Positions 47,708 through 55,975 of a stretch of DNA of 64,000 bases are shown in pieces (position 1 is the first letter of the stretch; the number at the start of each line of letters is the position of its first letter). The stretch spans positions 865 to 64,864 of the forward strand of contig SHUT01000001.1 in NCBI GenBank assembly GCA_009691255.1, read 5' to 3'. The translations under genes were made by a program, and so were the position numbers. The notes beneath the pieces were generated by a model. That model ran no database searches. It was not told the origin of the DNA and was given only the letters and a program-made list of their open reading frames with translations. This DNA is from Ilumatobacteraceae bacterium (GTDB lineage Bacteria > Actinomycetota > Acidimicrobiia > Acidimicrobiales > Ilumatobacteraceae).

Positions 47708-48121
47708 ATGACACGTACTGACGCCAATCCTCCGATGCCAGAGTGGTCCGATGAGTATCAACTCGTTGAAGTGGATGCCGAATATCTTGGTAAGGCCGTG
47801 AAGCCGAAACAATTCATCCATATCGATCAGAGCGAATGCATTATGTGCGAGGGCTGTGTAGACATTTGCCCATGGAAATGCATCCACATGGTGTCCACGG
47901 ATGCGATTGCGGAGTCAACTGGCATGGAAATGCCCGGAGCAGATCCGTCAGATCATGTTCTCTTTATTATTGATGACGATGTGTGCACGCGGTGTGCGCT
48001 CTGTGTTGATCGTTGCCCAACCGGAGTCATCATCATGGGCAAGGTAGGAGAACCTGCCGCAACTGGAGATAGTCACACTCGTACCAACGCCCACGGCTAC
48101 GCCTACGGTCTACGCCTCTAA
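47708..48121 (+). CDS. 2x[4Fe-4S] ferredoxin-domain protein
   Basis: CIMCEGCVDICP and CTRCALCVDRCP. 137 aa. Ends 17 nt upstream of the cytochrome b6-like gene. Confidence 0.8.
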   Translation: MTRTDANPPMPEWSDEYQLVEVDAEYLGKAVKPKQFIHIDQSECIMCEGCVDICPWKCIHMVSTDAIAESTGMEMPGADPSDHVLFIIDDDVCTRCALCVDRCPTGVIIMGKVGEPAATGDSHTRTNAHGYAYGLRL

Positions 48122-48138
48122 GATAAACGGAACACCTC

Positions 48139-48921
48139 ATGGCAAAAGTAATTGATAGTCCCAGACCGACACTCAAAGAACGGGCCGCCAAGCTTGGGCA
48201 GGCCACGTTGGCAAGTCAAGCATGGACATCTATTTTCAGACCAGGCTCAATCTTTCGCAAGGGCTACACCGACAGTCCGCGAAACCGTTCATATGTCATT
48301 ATGAACTCGGTTTTGTACCACTTGCACCCAGTCAAAGTGAAGCGTCACGCAGTCAAAGTGAGCTACACACTGTGTTTGGGTGGACTGAGTTTCTTCCTAT
48401 TTATTTTGCTGACGGTAACGGGTATTTTCTTGATGTTTTTCTATCGCCCAACAGCCACAAATGCGTGGGAAGATATTCAGACCTTGCAGACATCTGTGAC
48501 GTTTGGTCTGATGGTTCGCAACATGCACAGATGGGGTGCGCACCTCATGGTCTTGACGGTCTTTTTGCACATGGCGCGCGTGTTTTATCATGGTGCATAC
48601 AAGCCACCACGTGAGTTCAACTGGGTGATTGGTGTTGTATTGTTGACGCTGACATTACTGCTGTCTTTCACTGGCTATTTGCTGCCGTGGGATCAACTTG
48701 CACTCTGGGCTGTAACGGTAGGTACCAACATGATGGGTTATTCGCCTGTCATTGGTTCGCAGGTCAGATTCGTATTGCTAGGCGGTGTCGAAATCGGTTC
48801 GGAAACACTCTTGCGATGGTATGTATTGCATGTCCTCCTGTTCCCATTCATCATTGTGATTTTTATGGCCGTGCATTTCTGGCGCGTCCGTAAAGATGGC
48901 GGAATCTCGGGACCACTGTGA
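48139..48921 (+). CDS. cytochrome b6-type protein (N-terminal four-helix half of cytochrome b)
   Basis: Haem ligands in [12 protein letters not shown] and LHVLLFPF...[21 protein letters not shown] at the haem c_i cysteine position. The C-terminus [10 protein letters not shown] is as in b6 and Bacillus QcrB. Confidence 0.85.
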   Translation: MAKVIDSPRPTLKERAAKLGQATLASQAWTSIFRPGSIFRKGYTDSPRNRSYVIMNSVLYHLHPVKVKRHAVKVSYTLCLGGLSFFLFILLTVTGIFLMFFYRPTATNAWEDIQTLQTSVTFGLMVRNMHRWGAHLMVLTVFLHMARVFYHGAYKPPREFNWVIGVVLLTLTLLLSFTGYLLPWDQLALWAVTVGTNMMGYSPVIGSQVRFVLLGGVEIGSETLLRWYVLHVLLFPFIIVIFMAVHFWRVRKDGGISGPL

Positions 48922-48937
48922 GAGAGGTGACTGCGCA

Positions 48938-49672
48938 ATGACTGAAATTCCAGAGCACCTTCTCAAGCGTGCACAAGAAGCACGTGACAAAGCAGCCGCA
49001 GCGGCCAGAGCAGATGCACCATCAGATGCAGCAGGAGATTCTCGCATCCCGCAACATTTGCTTGATCGCACTCGTGCGGCCCGTGCTGGCGGTGCAGTGG
49101 CGGTAGCAGATAAGCCTGATGCAGTAGTGGCGAGTGCACCGGCGAGTGGTGGATTGCCATTGGCCGCAGGTCCTGGTGGACACACGCAACGACTTCTCAC
49201 AGTGGTGAAGTCTGGCTCTATTCAAGAAGCCAAGACATCACCAATTGACAAAGTACACACATGGCCACATTTGCTTGCCGTCGAGTTTGTCGCTTCGCTA
49301 GCGTGCACGGCATTTTTGTTTGTTTTTTCTTGGGTCGTAAATGCGCCTTTGTTGCAAGCAGCCAACTTCAACCGTACTCCGAACCCTTCGAAGGCTCCAT
49401 GGTATTTCTTAGGTCTTCAAGAACTCCTCACGATGTTCCATCCGATGATTGCGGGCGTGACCTTGCCAGGTGTCGGACTCATCGCCCTTATCTTGGCGGC
49501 CTATCTCGATAAGAACCCATCAAATAAACCTGAAGATCGAAAATTCATTACAAGCCTGATGACAGTGCATCTCATGTTCTGGGCGGTTTTAGTTATTATC
49601 GGATCATTTTTTCGCGGACCTGGTTTCAACTTCACCTTCCCGTGGCGCGACGGAATTTTCTTTGAGTTTTAA
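48938..49672 (+). CDS. cytochrome b C-terminal domain protein (subunit IV-like) with an N-terminal extension carrying two IPxHLLxR motifs
   Basis: KAPWYFLGLQELL (PEWY-equivalent region), 3 TM helices, own SD (GAGAGG) and ATG 48938. The N-terminus is MTEIPEHLLKRAQEAR...RIPQHLLDRTRAAR. Confidence 0.8.
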   Translation: MTEIPEHLLKRAQEARDKAAAAARADAPSDAAGDSRIPQHLLDRTRAARAGGAVAVADKPDAVVASAPASGGLPLAAGPGGHTQRLLTVVKSGSIQEAKTSPIDKVHTWPHLLAVEFVASLACTAFLFVFSWVVNAPLLQAANFNRTPNPSKAPWYFLGLQELLTMFHPMIAGVTLPGVGLIALILAAYLDKNPSNKPEDRKFITSLMTVHLMFWAVLVIIGSFFRGPGFNFTFPWRDGIFFEF

Positions 49673-49708
49673 AAAGCACAAGACAGAACGGATTTAGGCA
49701 ACACAGCA

Positions 49709-50569
49709 ATGAGTACAGCAGTCATCATCTCACTAGTAATCGCCGCAGCAGTCGTGCTGGGCGCTGCAGTGCTGTTCACGTCTGCTCGCCGCAGCGGGGT
49801 ACGTGGTGGTGGTGTGCTGTCGCGCGAGACCCGGCAGCGTGACCGCAAAACACAGAGTGCGCCTGATGCAGAAATTTCGGGCAGGGATATTGAGCGCGAG
49901 GCAAACGCAACTCGTAGCGGAGTGTTGGTCAAGGCATCACGACCGGAGCTACAGGAGTGGTCACCTCCAGATGAAGAAACTCTTGGTGTCACTCGGCGAC
50001 AGTTCTTTAATCGCGCCACAGTTACATTGATGACGGCAAGTTTGGGTGGGTTTGGAGCGGCGTGCATCGGGTTTTTGTGGAAAGGTGCAACGGGCGGATT
50101 TGGTTCCAAGATTTCTGTCGGAAAAATTGATGACGTGATTCAGTCAATTCGAGTCAATAAAGGTTTCTTGTATCTCTCTGAAGCGCGTTCGTGGGTAACG
50201 GAGTATCCAAAAGATGCAATCGGCAAAGCAAAACTTATCTACGGCAAACAAGTACCCGTGTACTCAGGCATGGAAGCCGGAGTCGTGGCGCTCTACCAGA
50301 AGTGTCCACATCTTGGTTGTCGTGTTCCGGAGTGCAAGAGTTCGCAGTGGTTCGAATGCCCGTGTCATGGTTCGCAATACAATCGCGTCGGTGAAAAAAA
50401 AGGTGGACCAGCGCCACGCGGAATGGATCGTTTTGGTGTATCAATCACTAATGGCGTGCTGGTGATCGACACTGGCGCAGTATTCGCTGGTCCCGCAATC
50501 GGGACAAACACCACAGGGCAAGAGGCCGAAGGGCCCCATTGCATAGGCACTGTCGGAGGTCACCACTGA
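49709..50569 (+). CDS. Rieske [2Fe-2S] protein
   Basis: CPHLGCRV and CPCHGSQY boxes. N-terminal TM helix and a long linker. Confidence 0.9.
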   Translation: MSTAVIISLVIAAAVVLGAAVLFTSARRSGVRGGGVLSRETRQRDRKTQSAPDAEISGRDIEREANATRSGVLVKASRPELQEWSPPDEETLGVTRRQFFNRATVTLMTASLGGFGAACIGFLWKGATGGFGSKISVGKIDDVIQSIRVNKGFLYLSEARSWVTEYPKDAIGKAKLIYGKQVPVYSGMEAGVVALYQKCPHLGCRVPECKSSQWFECPCHGSQYNRVGEKKGGPAPRGMDRFGVSITNGVLVIDTGAVFAGPAIGTNTTGQEAEGPHCIGTVGGHH

Positions 50570-51630
50570 TGCTCTCGTCAGTCAGCACATCTATCGCAAC
50601 AGTGATCCTGCTGATTGCAGTTGGAGGATGGATCCTCTATGCCATCTTTAATGCGCGCGCAACACGTGCAGAAGTTGGCTCAGAGATTGAGCTTGCTGCG
50701 AACCGCAAAGAGTATTACGACGACGAGATTCTGGAGGGGCGCAAGATTGAGCGCACTCAGTTATTGGGCATTCTTTTCCTGGCCATTGTTACTGTTGCGC
50801 TTCCGCTGTACTGGGTGCTCGAACCCAGTCGACAAGCCGGAGCGATCGTTGGCTTTGATAAGAGATTCGTGAATTGGGGTGCAGGGCTTTTTGCTCCGAC
50901 AGCAGAAGGTGGATTCAACTGCGCCGGATGTCACGGTGGCATGAAGGCAACGGGTGGAGTCGCACCATTCGCCATCACAGATCCAAAGACAGGCGAAGTT
51001 AAATCAGTGAACTGGAAAGCTCCTGCGTTGAACACCGTGCTCTATCGATTTACTGAAGAGGAAATACGTTTCGTCTTGAACTACGGACGACCGTTCTCTC
51101 CGATGTCGGCGTGGGGAACAATTGGTGGTGGTCCAATGAACGATCAGCAGATCACTACCTTGATCTCGTATATGAAGAGCATTCAGATTCCGCGTGATAA
51201 CTGCGCCAATCTAAAAGATGATCCCAAGACGTGCGCAGGCGGAACGTTGCCGATTGACAAGAACGCCGAACTCCAAGCAGAAGCAGAGCGACTTGTTGCT
51301 GCCGGAACGTATGGTTCGCTCGGAGAAGCATTTTTTAATCTCAATCTGTATGGCGGTGGTTACTCGTGCGCGCGTTGTCACACCAAGGGATACTCATACG
51401 GAGATCCACAAGTCACCGGCGGCGGCGCATTTGGACCAAACCTTACGGGTGGGTCGACTGTGCGTCAGTTTCCAAATCAAAAAGACATGCTGGATTTCAT
51501 TAAGGGCGGTTCTGAATTAGGTAAGCGCTACGGAGAACAAGGTCAAGGCAGTGGTCGCATGCCAGCGTTTGGTGGGCTATATACAGAGAGTCAACTCACG
51601 ACCATTATCGAATACGTGCGGGGGTTGTGA
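50569..51630 (+). CDS. membrane-anchored dihaem cytochrome c
   Basis: Two CxxCH motifs (CAGCHGG, CARCHTKG) and an N-terminal TM helix. The ATG overlaps the Rieske stop (TGATG). GGAGG lies upstream. Confidence 0.85.
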   Translation: MLSSVSTSIATVILLIAVGGWILYAIFNARATRAEVGSEIELAANRKEYYDDEILEGRKIERTQLLGILFLAIVTVALPLYWVLEPSRQAGAIVGFDKRFVNWGAGLFAPTAEGGFNCAGCHGGMKATGGVAPFAITDPKTGEVKSVNWKAPALNTVLYRFTEEEIRFVLNYGRPFSPMSAWGTIGGGPMNDQQITTLISYMKSIQIPRDNCANLKDDPKTCAGGTLPIDKNAELQAEAERLVAAGTYGSLGEAFFNLNLYGGGYSCARCHTKGYSYGDPQVTGGGAFGPNLTGGSTVRQFPNQKDMLDFIKGGSELGKRYGEQGQGSGRMPAFGGLYTESQLTTIIEYVRGL

Positions 51631-52448
51631 TGGCGTTGGCGTTGTTGGCGATTAACTGGGAACCAGAAATTCGCGGAATCCTTGTTGTTCTCATCATGGT
51701 GATGTGTCTGATTGGCGGAACCTATTTGGTTATGGCCACTAATGTTGGCGTACGACTCGGATTCATGATTGTGGTAGCAGGGTTGGCCGGATGGATGATG
51801 CTGATGGCCGCTGTGTGGTGGATATACGGCATCGGTCTGAAGGGTGAAATGCCGTCATGGAAACCAGCGGCCCCTATCACGATTGTGCGAGATGGCTCAC
51901 TGTTGAGTAGCGCCGAAGTTGTTGATGAAGCCATCGTGACTGACGGGCAAGCACCAATGGAAGCTGCGGCCACGGTGAGTCGTGCGCTGACTGCCCAAAA
52001 GTGGATCACTTTAGATGAAGCCGATCCTCGTCGCGGGCAAGCCGCCGCCGCATCTGATGACATCTTGCAAAATCTCACAAAAGAGTTTGCAGCAGGTGAA
52101 TATGCAACCGTTGCGGTGTATGACCGCGGCGGCGATCGGTATCCAAAAATCAATAAGTCACTTGACTTCTTGGCATTTTTTCATAAGCCCCACTATGCGC
52201 TAGTCGAAGTTGCGCCAGTTATCGCGCAGCGCACTGAACCCGGGCGAGCACCAGCACGACCTATTGTTGACACCAAGCAACCGCATCGCTATGTGGTGAT
52301 GATTCGAGATCTTGGAAAACGACGTCAACCGGCAATCTTCATCGCGTTTGGTGCTGGACTAATTTTTGCTCTGATGTGTTGGTTATTGCATCGTCGCGAC
52401 CAGTTGTCTCGCATTAACCGTGCCGCGCTTAATCCGGCTGATATCTAG
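51627..52448 (+). CDS. integral membrane protein of unknown function, coupled to the dihaem cytochrome c gene
   Basis: 273 aa with three N-terminal TM helices, a soluble loop of about 150 aa and a C-terminal TM helix. GTGATG overlap with the cytochrome c stop. nuoA starts 9 nt after its stop. Confidence 0.55.
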   Translation: MMALALLAINWEPEIRGILVVLIMVMCLIGGTYLVMATNVGVRLGFMIVVAGLAGWMMLMAAVWWIYGIGLKGEMPSWKPAAPITIVRDGSLLSSAEVVDEAIVTDGQAPMEAAATVSRALTAQKWITLDEADPRRGQAAAASDDILQNLTKEFAAGEYATVAVYDRGGDRYPKINKSLDFLAFFHKPHYALVEVAPVIAQRTEPGRAPARPIVDTKQPHRYVVMIRDLGKRRQPAIFIAFGAGLIFALMCWLLHRRDQLSRINRAALNPADI

Positions 52449-52457
52449 GTCGCAGTC

Positions 52458-52931
52458 GTGGGTCAGTATCTTCCCGTCATTGCATTGATGATTGTTGCAA
52501 TCTTGTTTGGTGCAATCAGTTTTATCGCCTCCGGATTATTTGCGCCTCGTCGACCAAGTTCTGCCAAAGAAGCACCATATGAATGCGGAATTCTCGCCAG
52601 TCAAGAACCAACACAGAGATTTCCTGTAAGTTTTTATGTGGTGGCAATGTTGTTCATCATGTTCGATATCGAAATCATCTTTACATATCCGTATGCAGTA
52701 GATCGGGAGTTTCTGGGCACATACGGATTCTTTGAGATGATTACGTTTAGCGCTATTTTATTTGTGGCGTTTGTCTACATGATTGCGCGCGGTGCCCTTG
52801 AGTGGGGCCCAATCCACAAACATCAACCGCTTGACACTTCGCTTGAAGGAGCAATCTCAAGTACGCGCACAAGCACTTCAACGATTAAGCGCGTTGGCCA
52901 TGAAGGCCGCAACGAGACAGTCGCCGCCTGA
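52458..52931 (+). CDS. nuoA: NADH-quinone oxidoreductase subunit A
   Basis: 3 TM helices, PYECG motif, first gene in the nuoA-L order. 157 aa with an extended C-terminus. Confidence 0.85.
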   Translation: MGQYLPVIALMIVAILFGAISFIASGLFAPRRPSSAKEAPYECGILASQEPTQRFPVSFYVVAMLFIMFDIEIIFTYPYAVDREFLGTYGFFEMITFSAILFVAFVYMIARGALEWGPIHKHQPLDTSLEGAISSTRTSTSTIKRVGHEGRNETVAA

Positions 52932-53518
52932 TGGGAGTAGTACGAAACGTTCGTGATGATGGGTTAGGCGGACTCGAGCATAATTTTCTGACCGCTCGCG
53001 TTGAAGATCTAGTGAACTGGTCACGTTCGAGGTCTAGTTGGGGAGTGACTTTTGGGCTTGCGTGTTGTGCAATCGAGATGATGGCAACTGGTGCGTCGCA
53101 CTATGACTTAGCAAGATTTGGAATGGAAATATTCCGAGCTTCTCCGCGGCAGGCAGACATCATGATTGTCGCTGGTCGTGTCAGTCAAAAGATGGCGCCG
53201 GTACTGCGTCAGGTATACGACCAGATGATGGAACCAAAGTGGGTCATCTCAATGGGCGTGTGCGCATCAAGTGGCGGAATGTTTAATAACTATGCCATCG
53301 TTCAGGGCGTAGATCAGATTGTGCCCGTTGACGTTTATGCGCCAGGCTGTCCGCCCACACCAGAAACACTGATTCATGCCATCGAAACATTGCACCAACT
53401 CATCGAAGACGAAACTATTTTGCATCGTCGAAAAGAGCAGGGTGGTGGTGCAAACGTACACATTCTCGAAGTACCTGCAGGCGCAAATGGTGTGTCCATC
53501 AATTTTGGATCGAAGTAG
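52931..53518 (+). CDS. nuoB: NADH-quinone oxidoreductase subunit B
   Basis: [10 protein letters not shown] and [12 protein letters not shown] (N2 cluster ligands). Confidence 0.95.
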   Translation: MGVVRNVRDDGLGGLEHNFLTARVEDLVNWSRSRSSWGVTFGLACCAIEMMATGASHYDLARFGMEIFRASPRQADIMIVAGRVSQKMAPVLRQVYDQMMEPKWVISMGVCASSGGMFNNYAIVQGVDQIVPVDVYAPGCPPTPETLIHAIETLHQLIEDETILHRRKEQGGGANVHILEVPAGANGVSINFGSK

Positions 53519-53520
53519 AA

Positions 53521-54024
53521 ATGTCCGACGACGTGACTGAGGTGCAAAATACTGCAGAAGAGCTGCATGGTTGTCCTGTAATCATGTCGCTTGGTCAGCG
53601 AGTTCTACTTGTTGCGCGCGACCAGTATGTTTCTGTGATGAAAGCACTCCTTGACGACACCTTCGATCTGTGCGTTGACTTGACGGCTGTTGATTATTTG
53701 CTGATGCCAACGAGAGTTGTGGGTGCAGGCATAAAGCCAGAGCGTTTTGAGGTCGTAGTAAGTGTTATGTCAATGCAAAAACACGACCGCTTGCGCTTGC
53801 GGGTACAAGTTCCAGCAGATGACGCCACTATCGACACCCTGTTTGATGTGCATCCCGGGACAGAAGCACTCGAACGAGAAGTCTTTGACATGTTTGGCAT
53901 TGTGTTCAATGGTCATCCAGATCCGACCCGCATTTTGATGCCAGAAGACTGGGATGGTCATCCGTTGCGCAAGGACTACGACTTCGGTCGCATTCCAGTC
54001 CAGTTCAAAGGATCGCCAGCATGA
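53521..54024 (+). CDS. nuoC: NADH-quinone oxidoreductase subunit C
   Basis: 30-kDa subunit motif EREVFDMFGIVFNGHPD. Confidence 0.9.
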   Translation: MSDDVTEVQNTAEELHGCPVIMSLGQRVLLVARDQYVSVMKALLDDTFDLCVDLTAVDYLLMPTRVVGAGIKPERFEVVVSVMSMQKHDRLRLRVQVPADDATIDTLFDVHPGTEALEREVFDMFGIVFNGHPDPTRILMPEDWDGHPLRKDYDFGRIPVQFKGSPA

Positions 54025-55364
54025 CTGTTGTCGATGATCGCTTTGCTGCGGCAAATACTGACGAAGGGCATCAAGAACTGCGTTCGCGTAGTCAACTTAC
54101 TGCCAAAGAGGTTCTGCGTGAAGTCGGCGCTGTCTTACGCATGAGCGAAGCACAGGTAGCAGCACTGGCAGAAATAGAGCATGACGCTGGCGAAGATCAA
54201 ACCATGATCATCAATATGGGGCCACAACACCCCAGCACACATGGCGTTCTGCGCCTCATGCTTGAACTACAAGGTGAAACTGTCCTGCGCTGCAAACCAA
54301 TTGTTGGCTACTTGCATACTGGTATGGAAAAAACTGGTGAGCAGCTCACGTACATGCAGGGCGGCACAAACGTTACGCGTATGGATTATGCATCACCTCT
54401 TAATAACGAACTTGTGTTTTCACTCGCCGTAGAAAAACTGCTCGGAATAGATGGAGATATTCCAGAACGCGCTGTATGGATGCGGATGCTCTTGTCTGAA
54501 CTAAATCGGATGAGTAGTCATCTGTTGTTTATGGCGTCAAACGGGATGGATCTCGGGGCTGTTTCGATGATGCTTTATGGATGGCGCGAGCGCGAAGAAG
54601 TTTTGCGCTTTTTCCAAAAAGTTACAGGATTGCGGATGAACCACAACTTCATCCGTCCAGGTGGAGTCGCAGCGGATCTTCCTGCAGGCTGGCGCGATGA
54701 TGTCTTGGATATTCTCGAAAAAATTGAGCCACGCTTGCACGAGTACGACGTCTTAATGACAGGGCAACCAATTTGGCGCGAACGTCTGCAGGGAGTCGGC
54801 GTCATTACCGCCAGTGAAGCTGTCGCCCTCGGTGCAACTGGACCTATCTTGCGGTCGACGGGCGTGGCGTGGGACTTGCGCAGAGACATGCCTTATCTAA
54901 AATATTCAGAATTAGATTTTGATGTTGTCGTGGGCTCGTATGGTGATGCGTTTGATCGCTATGCAATTCGCCTAAATGAGATTCGCGAATCAATGCGCAT
55001 TGTGCATCAGATAGTTGATCGCATGCCGAGTGGTGACTATCGAATTCAGGATAAAAAAGTCACACCGCCACCACGAGCCCGCATTGATGAATCAATGGAA
55101 GCACTTATTCATCACTTTAAGATTTTTACTGAAGGTTTCAAGGTGCCAGAAGGCGAAGTGTATGTCGGTATTGAGAGTCCCCGCGGAGAAATCGGTTGCT
55201 ACATCGTGAGTGACGGATCAGCTAAGCCGTATCGAATGCGAATTCGTCCACCATCTTTTGTCAACTTGCAGACTTTGCCGCACATGATGCGTGGCGGACT
55301 TATCGCTGATGCTGTAGCAGTGATTTCATCAGTCGATCCAGTGCTCGGAGAAGTAGATAGATGA
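54021..55364 (+). CDS. nuoD: NADH-quinone oxidoreductase subunit D
   Basis: INMGPQHPSTHGVLRL and the C-terminal DPVLGEVDR. Confidence 0.95.
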   Translation: MTVVDDRFAAANTDEGHQELRSRSQLTAKEVLREVGAVLRMSEAQVAALAEIEHDAGEDQTMIINMGPQHPSTHGVLRLMLELQGETVLRCKPIVGYLHTGMEKTGEQLTYMQGGTNVTRMDYASPLNNELVFSLAVEKLLGIDGDIPERAVWMRMLLSELNRMSSHLLFMASNGMDLGAVSMMLYGWREREEVLRFFQKVTGLRMNHNFIRPGGVAADLPAGWRDDVLDILEKIEPRLHEYDVLMTGQPIWRERLQGVGVITASEAVALGATGPILRSTGVAWDLRRDMPYLKYSELDFDVVVGSYGDAFDRYAIRLNEIRESMRIVHQIVDRMPSGDYRIQDKKVTPPPRARIDESMEALIHHFKIFTEGFKVPEGEVYVGIESPRGEIGCYIVSDGSAKPYRMRIRPPSFVNLQTLPHMMRGGLIADAVAVISSVDPVLGEVDR

Positions 55365-55975
55365 GTCGCTTGACTGACGCACACGTAGCTCTAGCCAAAG
55401 AGATAATCGGTCGATACCCACGACCAAAGTCAGCACTTGTGCTGTTATTGCACTTGGCCCAAGAACAAGACGGTTATATCACTCGCGATGCAATGGTGCA
55501 TATCGCAGAACTTGTTGGTGTCACGTCAGCAGAGGTGTACGGAACAGCTACTTTTTATGAGATGTTTAAGTTCGAACCTGTAGGGAAATACGTTGTCAAT
55601 ATCTGCGGCACTATGTCATGTGCGCTCATGGGCTCAGAAGAATTAATGCACCATGCAGAGCAGCGCTTGGGAATTAAGGCTGGCGGCACTACGCCAGACG
55701 GAATGTTCACGCTCGAACACGCCGAGTGTCAGGCGGCGTGTACAGAGGCCCCGTGCTTGCAAGTCAACTATCGATATCGCTATCGGCTAACCCCTGCAGA
55801 TCTCGATGCATTAATTGATGATTTGTTGGCGAATCGTTTGACGCACGAGATTCCACCACACGGAACAGTGGCCAAAGTGCGACAACATATTCCATCTCAC
55901 CATGGGGTCGGTGTTGTTGCTCCAGAGTCAGTCACCGAGCCACCTGTATGGCTAAACGGGAAGGCGGCACTATGA
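55361..55975 (+). CDS. nuoE: NADH-quinone oxidoreductase subunit E
   Basis: 24-kDa subunit with Cys ligands in NICGTMSC and ECQAAC. Confidence 0.9.
   Translation: MSRLTDAHVALAKEIIGRYPRPKSALVLLLHLAQEQDGYITRDAMVHIAELVGVTSAEVYGTATFYEMFKFEPVGKYVVNICGTMSCALMGSEELMHHAEQRLGIKAGGTTPDGMFTLEHAECQAACTEAPCLQVNYRYRYRLTPADLDALIDDLLANRLTHEIPPHGTVAKVRQHIPSHHGVGVVAPESVTEPPVWLNGKAAL

Noticed and set aside
48778-50109. Minus-strand ORFs 48778..49200 and 49669..50109, antisense to the SUIV and Rieske genes.
   Set aside because: They are Ala/Arg/Ser-rich shadow ORFs opposite GC-rich linker regions. They have no motifs, and the plus-strand genes are strongly supported.
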